Shown piece after piece: positions 61,383-64,000 of a DNA stretch of 64,000 nucleotides. Both the position numbers and the translations under genes were made by a program. A model generated the notes under the pieces. That model was not told the DNA's origin and searched no databases. It worked only from the letters and a program-made list of their open reading frames with translations. Positions within the stretch are counted from its first letter, which is position 1; every line of letters starts with the position of its first letter. This DNA is from a plasmid, in sequence record NZ_CP123987.1; one strand, given 5' to 3'.

Positions 61383-62489
61383 CTAACCTAAAAATTCAAA
61401 AACATCTTTGCGGTCATATAACTTAAATACTTTTTCAAATAAGAATTGACCGACAAGTGACGCAATAACTGGAATAACTAACCATGCTAGCAATGCTGCG
61501 ACAACGCCTAAGCCTTTTTCAATTGATGCTAATGGTCCTACTAAACCTACTAAACCAAAACCACCGGAAGCAGGAGAACCTGAAATTGACATCAAAGCTA
61601 CAGGAACTGCAGAAATTATTGCTGTAAAGAAACATGGTACTAAGATAATTGGACGTCTAAATAAGTTAGGCATCATCATCTTCATCGCACCTAAGGCAAT
61701 CGCAATTGTTACCCCTGGCTTGTTAACTTTCCATGAGTTTACTACAAGTACAAGTGTTGTTGCAGCAACTCCCATTGCAGCAGCACCAGCAGCCAAGCCG
61801 TTAACTTGGATAGCCATTGCAATCGCTACTGTTGAAATTGGAGAGATAATTAACACTGCAAAAGAGCAGGCAATTAAAATACACATTAAAACTGGTTGTA
61901 ATTCTGTAAATGTGTTAATCACATTACCAATTGCGGAAGTTATCGCTGTAACATATGGATACATATAGAATCCAATTAAGCCAGCACCTGTTCCTACTAC
62001 AATTGGTGTTAAAACAATTGCTACTGATCCAAATTTATCGCCTATCAACAGAATTAATCCAACTGCAATCGATGCTGTTAACATGGTATTAATAATATCC
62101 CCTGTTCCAGCACCTACATAGGCACCTGTTTTATTCAACGCTGGGAAGTATTTAATTACGCCAGAACCTACAAATGCGGCTCCACCAACTACGGTCATCT
62201 TCATGCCATCAAAGCCAAACTTTTGAGCAATCAATGTACCAATAATTAAAGGTGTTCCTAATTGGAAAATAATTGCTGCTTGTCCTAAATGTACGGCAAA
62301 AGGATTAGTGCCGAACATCTTGAGGATAGCGGCAAGAACAGCATTAGGAATTAAACCAACTATAATCCCGATGGCAGTACCGCCTAAAACACGATCAATG
62401 AAAACTTTGGGTGTAATCTTTGTTGTTTCCAAATTCGTCACCTTCTTTATATAAAATATACACATTATTATAAGTGAGATTGTGAGCAA
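61383..62489 (-). CDS. polytopic membrane protein, putative permease (PTS EIIC-like / sugar permease family uncertain)
   Basis: 368 aa, about 10 TM, Gly/Ala-rich helices; no soluble domain. Confidence 0.45.
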   Translation of the reverse strand: MLTISLIIMCIFYIKKVTNLETTKITPKVFIDRVLGGTAIGIIVGLIPNAVLAAILKMFGTNPFAVHLGQAAIIFQLGTPLIIGTLIAQKFGFDGMKMTVVGGAAFVGSGVIKYFPALNKTGAYVGAGTGDIINTMLTASIAVGLILLIGDKFGSVAIVLTPIVVGTGAGLIGFYMYPYVTAITSAIGNVINTFTELQPVLMCILIACSFAVLIISPISTVAIAMAIQVNGLAAGAAAMGVAATTLVLVVNSWKVNKPGVTIAIALGAMKMMMPNLFRRPIILVPCFFTAIISAVPVALMSISGSPASGGFGLVGLVGPLASIEKGLGVVAALLAWLVIPVIASLVGQFLFEKVFKLYDRKDVFEFLG

Positions 62490-62638
62490 TGTAAATATAT
62501 TTTTCTTTAGTTTCTTTCTTTTATTAGAAAAAAACGTAAAAAATTAATTAAATTTAACACTTATATTTAAGTATTCTGTTATAATGATGATATAATATAT
62601 ATTGTAAAGGTTATCATTTATATGAGGAGGAATTTTTA

Positions 62639-63634
62639 ATGGTTTCAATCAAAATGTTTGGTGTTCGTGATGAAGAACGTCCAATGGCTGAAAACTGGGC
62701 AAAGGAACACAACGTTAAAATTGATATGACTAGTGACATCCTTACATCTGATACTATCGATGAAGTTAAGGGTTTTGACGGTCTAACTTTAATGCAAGTA
62801 GCAGAAGTTACAGATGACTTATATCCTAAATTGAAAGAATTTGGTATCAAACAAATCGCACAACGTAGTGCTGGTTATGATATGTACAATTTAGATGCTG
62901 CTAAAGAAAATGGCATTATTATTACTAATGTGCCTAGCTACTCCCCAGAATCAATTGCTGAATATACTGTAACTACAGCATTGAACTTAGTACGTAAATT
63001 CCCACTAATTGAAAAACGTGTTAAGGAACATAATTTCTCATGGGAACCTGAAATCAGAGGTCGTGTTATCGGTGACATGACAGTTGCTGTTATCGGAACT
63101 GGCCGTATTGGTTACCATGTAGCTAAAATCTTCCATGGTTTTGGTGCTAAAGTTGTCGGATATGATCTATATCCTAGTGACAAATTAGACGGTATCTTGG
63201 AATATCGTGATTCTGTAGAAGATGCAATCCGCGATGCAGACATTATTTCTTTACATATGCCTGCTTTCAAGGAAAACCACCACATGTTTAACTACGAAAT
63301 GTTCAAGAAATTCAAATCTGACGCTGTATTAGTTAACATGGCTCGTGGTGCTTTAATTGATACAGAAGATTTATTGAAAGCTTTAGATGATGGCCTTTTG
63401 GCTGGAGCTGGTCTTGACGTTTACGAACACGAAGGTCCATTAGTTCCTATTGACCTAACTGGAAAAGATATTGAAGACGAAACATTCAAGAAAGTACTTG
63501 AATCTGATAAGATTATCTACTCACCACACGTAGCATACTACACTGATGAAGCTGTTAGAAACTTAGTTGAAGGTGGCTTAAATGCTACTTTGGAAGTATT
63601 GGAAACTGGCGATGCTTCAACACGTGTAAACTAA
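62639..63634 (+). CDS. ldhD: D-lactate dehydrogenase (D-isomer-specific 2-hydroxyacid dehydrogenase)
   Basis: 331 aa; NAD motif GTGRIGYHVA, catalytic-domain R/E/H pattern, overall Lactobacillus D-LDH-like. Confidence 0.85.
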   Translation: MVSIKMFGVRDEERPMAENWAKEHNVKIDMTSDILTSDTIDEVKGFDGLTLMQVAEVTDDLYPKLKEFGIKQIAQRSAGYDMYNLDAAKENGIIITNVPSYSPESIAEYTVTTALNLVRKFPLIEKRVKEHNFSWEPEIRGRVIGDMTVAVIGTGRIGYHVAKIFHGFGAKVVGYDLYPSDKLDGILEYRDSVEDAIRDADIISLHMPAFKENHHMFNYEMFKKFKSDAVLVNMARGALIDTEDLLKALDDGLLAGAGLDVYEHEGPLVPIDLTGKDIEDETFKKVLESDKIIYSPHVAYYTDEAVRNLVEGGLNATLEVLETGDASTRVN

Positions 63635-63650
63635 TTAGTTTAATCCTAAT

Positions 63651-63686
63651 AAAAGCCTCTGAGAATCCATCTCAGAGGTTTTTTGT
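63651..63686 (+). terminator. rho-independent terminator after ldhD
   Basis: stem cctctgaga/tctcagagg followed by T6. Confidence 0.7.
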
Positions 63687-63696
63687 TATATACTTA

Positions 63697-63987
63697 CTAT
63701 AAGTTATTTATATTTTTATCACCGTATAGACTTTCCCAGTCATTTCTAAAATCTGCCACAGCTTGAGAAATAGACGGCATCTTAAAAGCAGATGCTACAA
63801 TATCAGGACCAACTGTTACAGCTTGAGCACCATTACTTAATGCTTCATTTACTTGTGCTACATTATGGAAACTTGCAGCTAAAATTTTAGTATTGCTATT
63901 ATCTAAATTAATTCTTTTAGATAGATTTCTAATAACTTCAGCTGAATTAATATTTTGATTTAACATTCTATTATAGTAAGGAGCCAA
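63697..63987 (-). CDS. transaldolase / fructose-6-phosphate aldolase family protein, C-terminal part (5' end beyond window)
   Basis: partial ORF reaching the window edge; C-terminal region consistent with the TalC/FSA family. Confidence 0.55.
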   Translation of the reverse strand: MAPYYNRMLNQNINSAEVIRNLSKRINLDNSNTKILAASFHNVAQVNEALSNGAQAVTVGPDIVASAFKMPSISQAVADFRNDWESLYGDKNINNL

Positions 63988-64000
63988 GTAGTCAGCACCA

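Noticed and set aside
1-64000. CRISPR arrays, tRNA or rRNA genes
   Set aside because: No regularly spaced direct repeats and no tRNA-like T-arm/acceptor signatures were seen on visual scan; a tRNAscan/CRISPR finder run would be needed to be certain

Overview
This window looks like a low-GC Lactobacillaceae-type chromosomal segment: lactobacillus-like D-LDH, PFL, SUF, Dps and an LPXTG protein, and many IS elements. Core housekeeping blocks are pflBA, sufCDSUB, an oppA-like lipoprotein, rpiA-rpe and ldhD; the rest is accessory.

- **Metal-resistance block (about 3.4-12.7 kb).** A divergent IS200/IS605 element (tnpA/tnpB) sits next to dps and a frameshifted Crp/Fnr regulator. A P1B-type ATPase and a CopZ-like protein follow, flanked by an IS1216/ISS1-like IS6 copy with identifiable 18-bp inverted repeats and an inverted IS6 fragment. 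Two different IS3 copies are nested or adjacent; one carries an A6G frameshift site.
- **Quinate/shikimate cluster (13-22 kb).** A LysR-controlled operon with two MFS permeases, a TIM-barrel putative dehydroshikimate dehydratase, an SDR, an FMN-bind/FAD fumarate-reductase-family flavoprotein, aroE-like and aroD genes. It is a candidate reductive/oxidative hydroaromatic pathway.
- **Integrase-led accessory island (22-33 kb).** A tyrosine recombinase is followed by tandem small paralogs, a truncated choloylglycine hydrolase, a tyrosine phosphatase, a TCS with ABC transporter, a hypothetical 459-aa protein, a zinc-ribbon/DUF805 protein and an XRE regulator.
- **Nisin-type lantibiotic cluster (50.97-61.24 kb, minus strand).** nisB, T, C, R, K, F, E, G homologues plus a 59-aa nisin-family precursor gene at 60978..61157 that the ORF track missed (below its length cutoff). 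The precursor has a NisR-type TCTGA-N6-TCTGA promoter. nisC carries an in-frame TAG, nisR is C-terminally short, and nisI and nisP are absent.
- **Other points.** A Cys-rich 36-aa mini-ORF with RBS and terminator lies upstream of oppA, next to an orphan HicB module. A roughly 600-bp ORF-free, GC-richer region lies between these and the lantibiotic cluster.

No tRNA, rRNA or CRISPR array was recognised.
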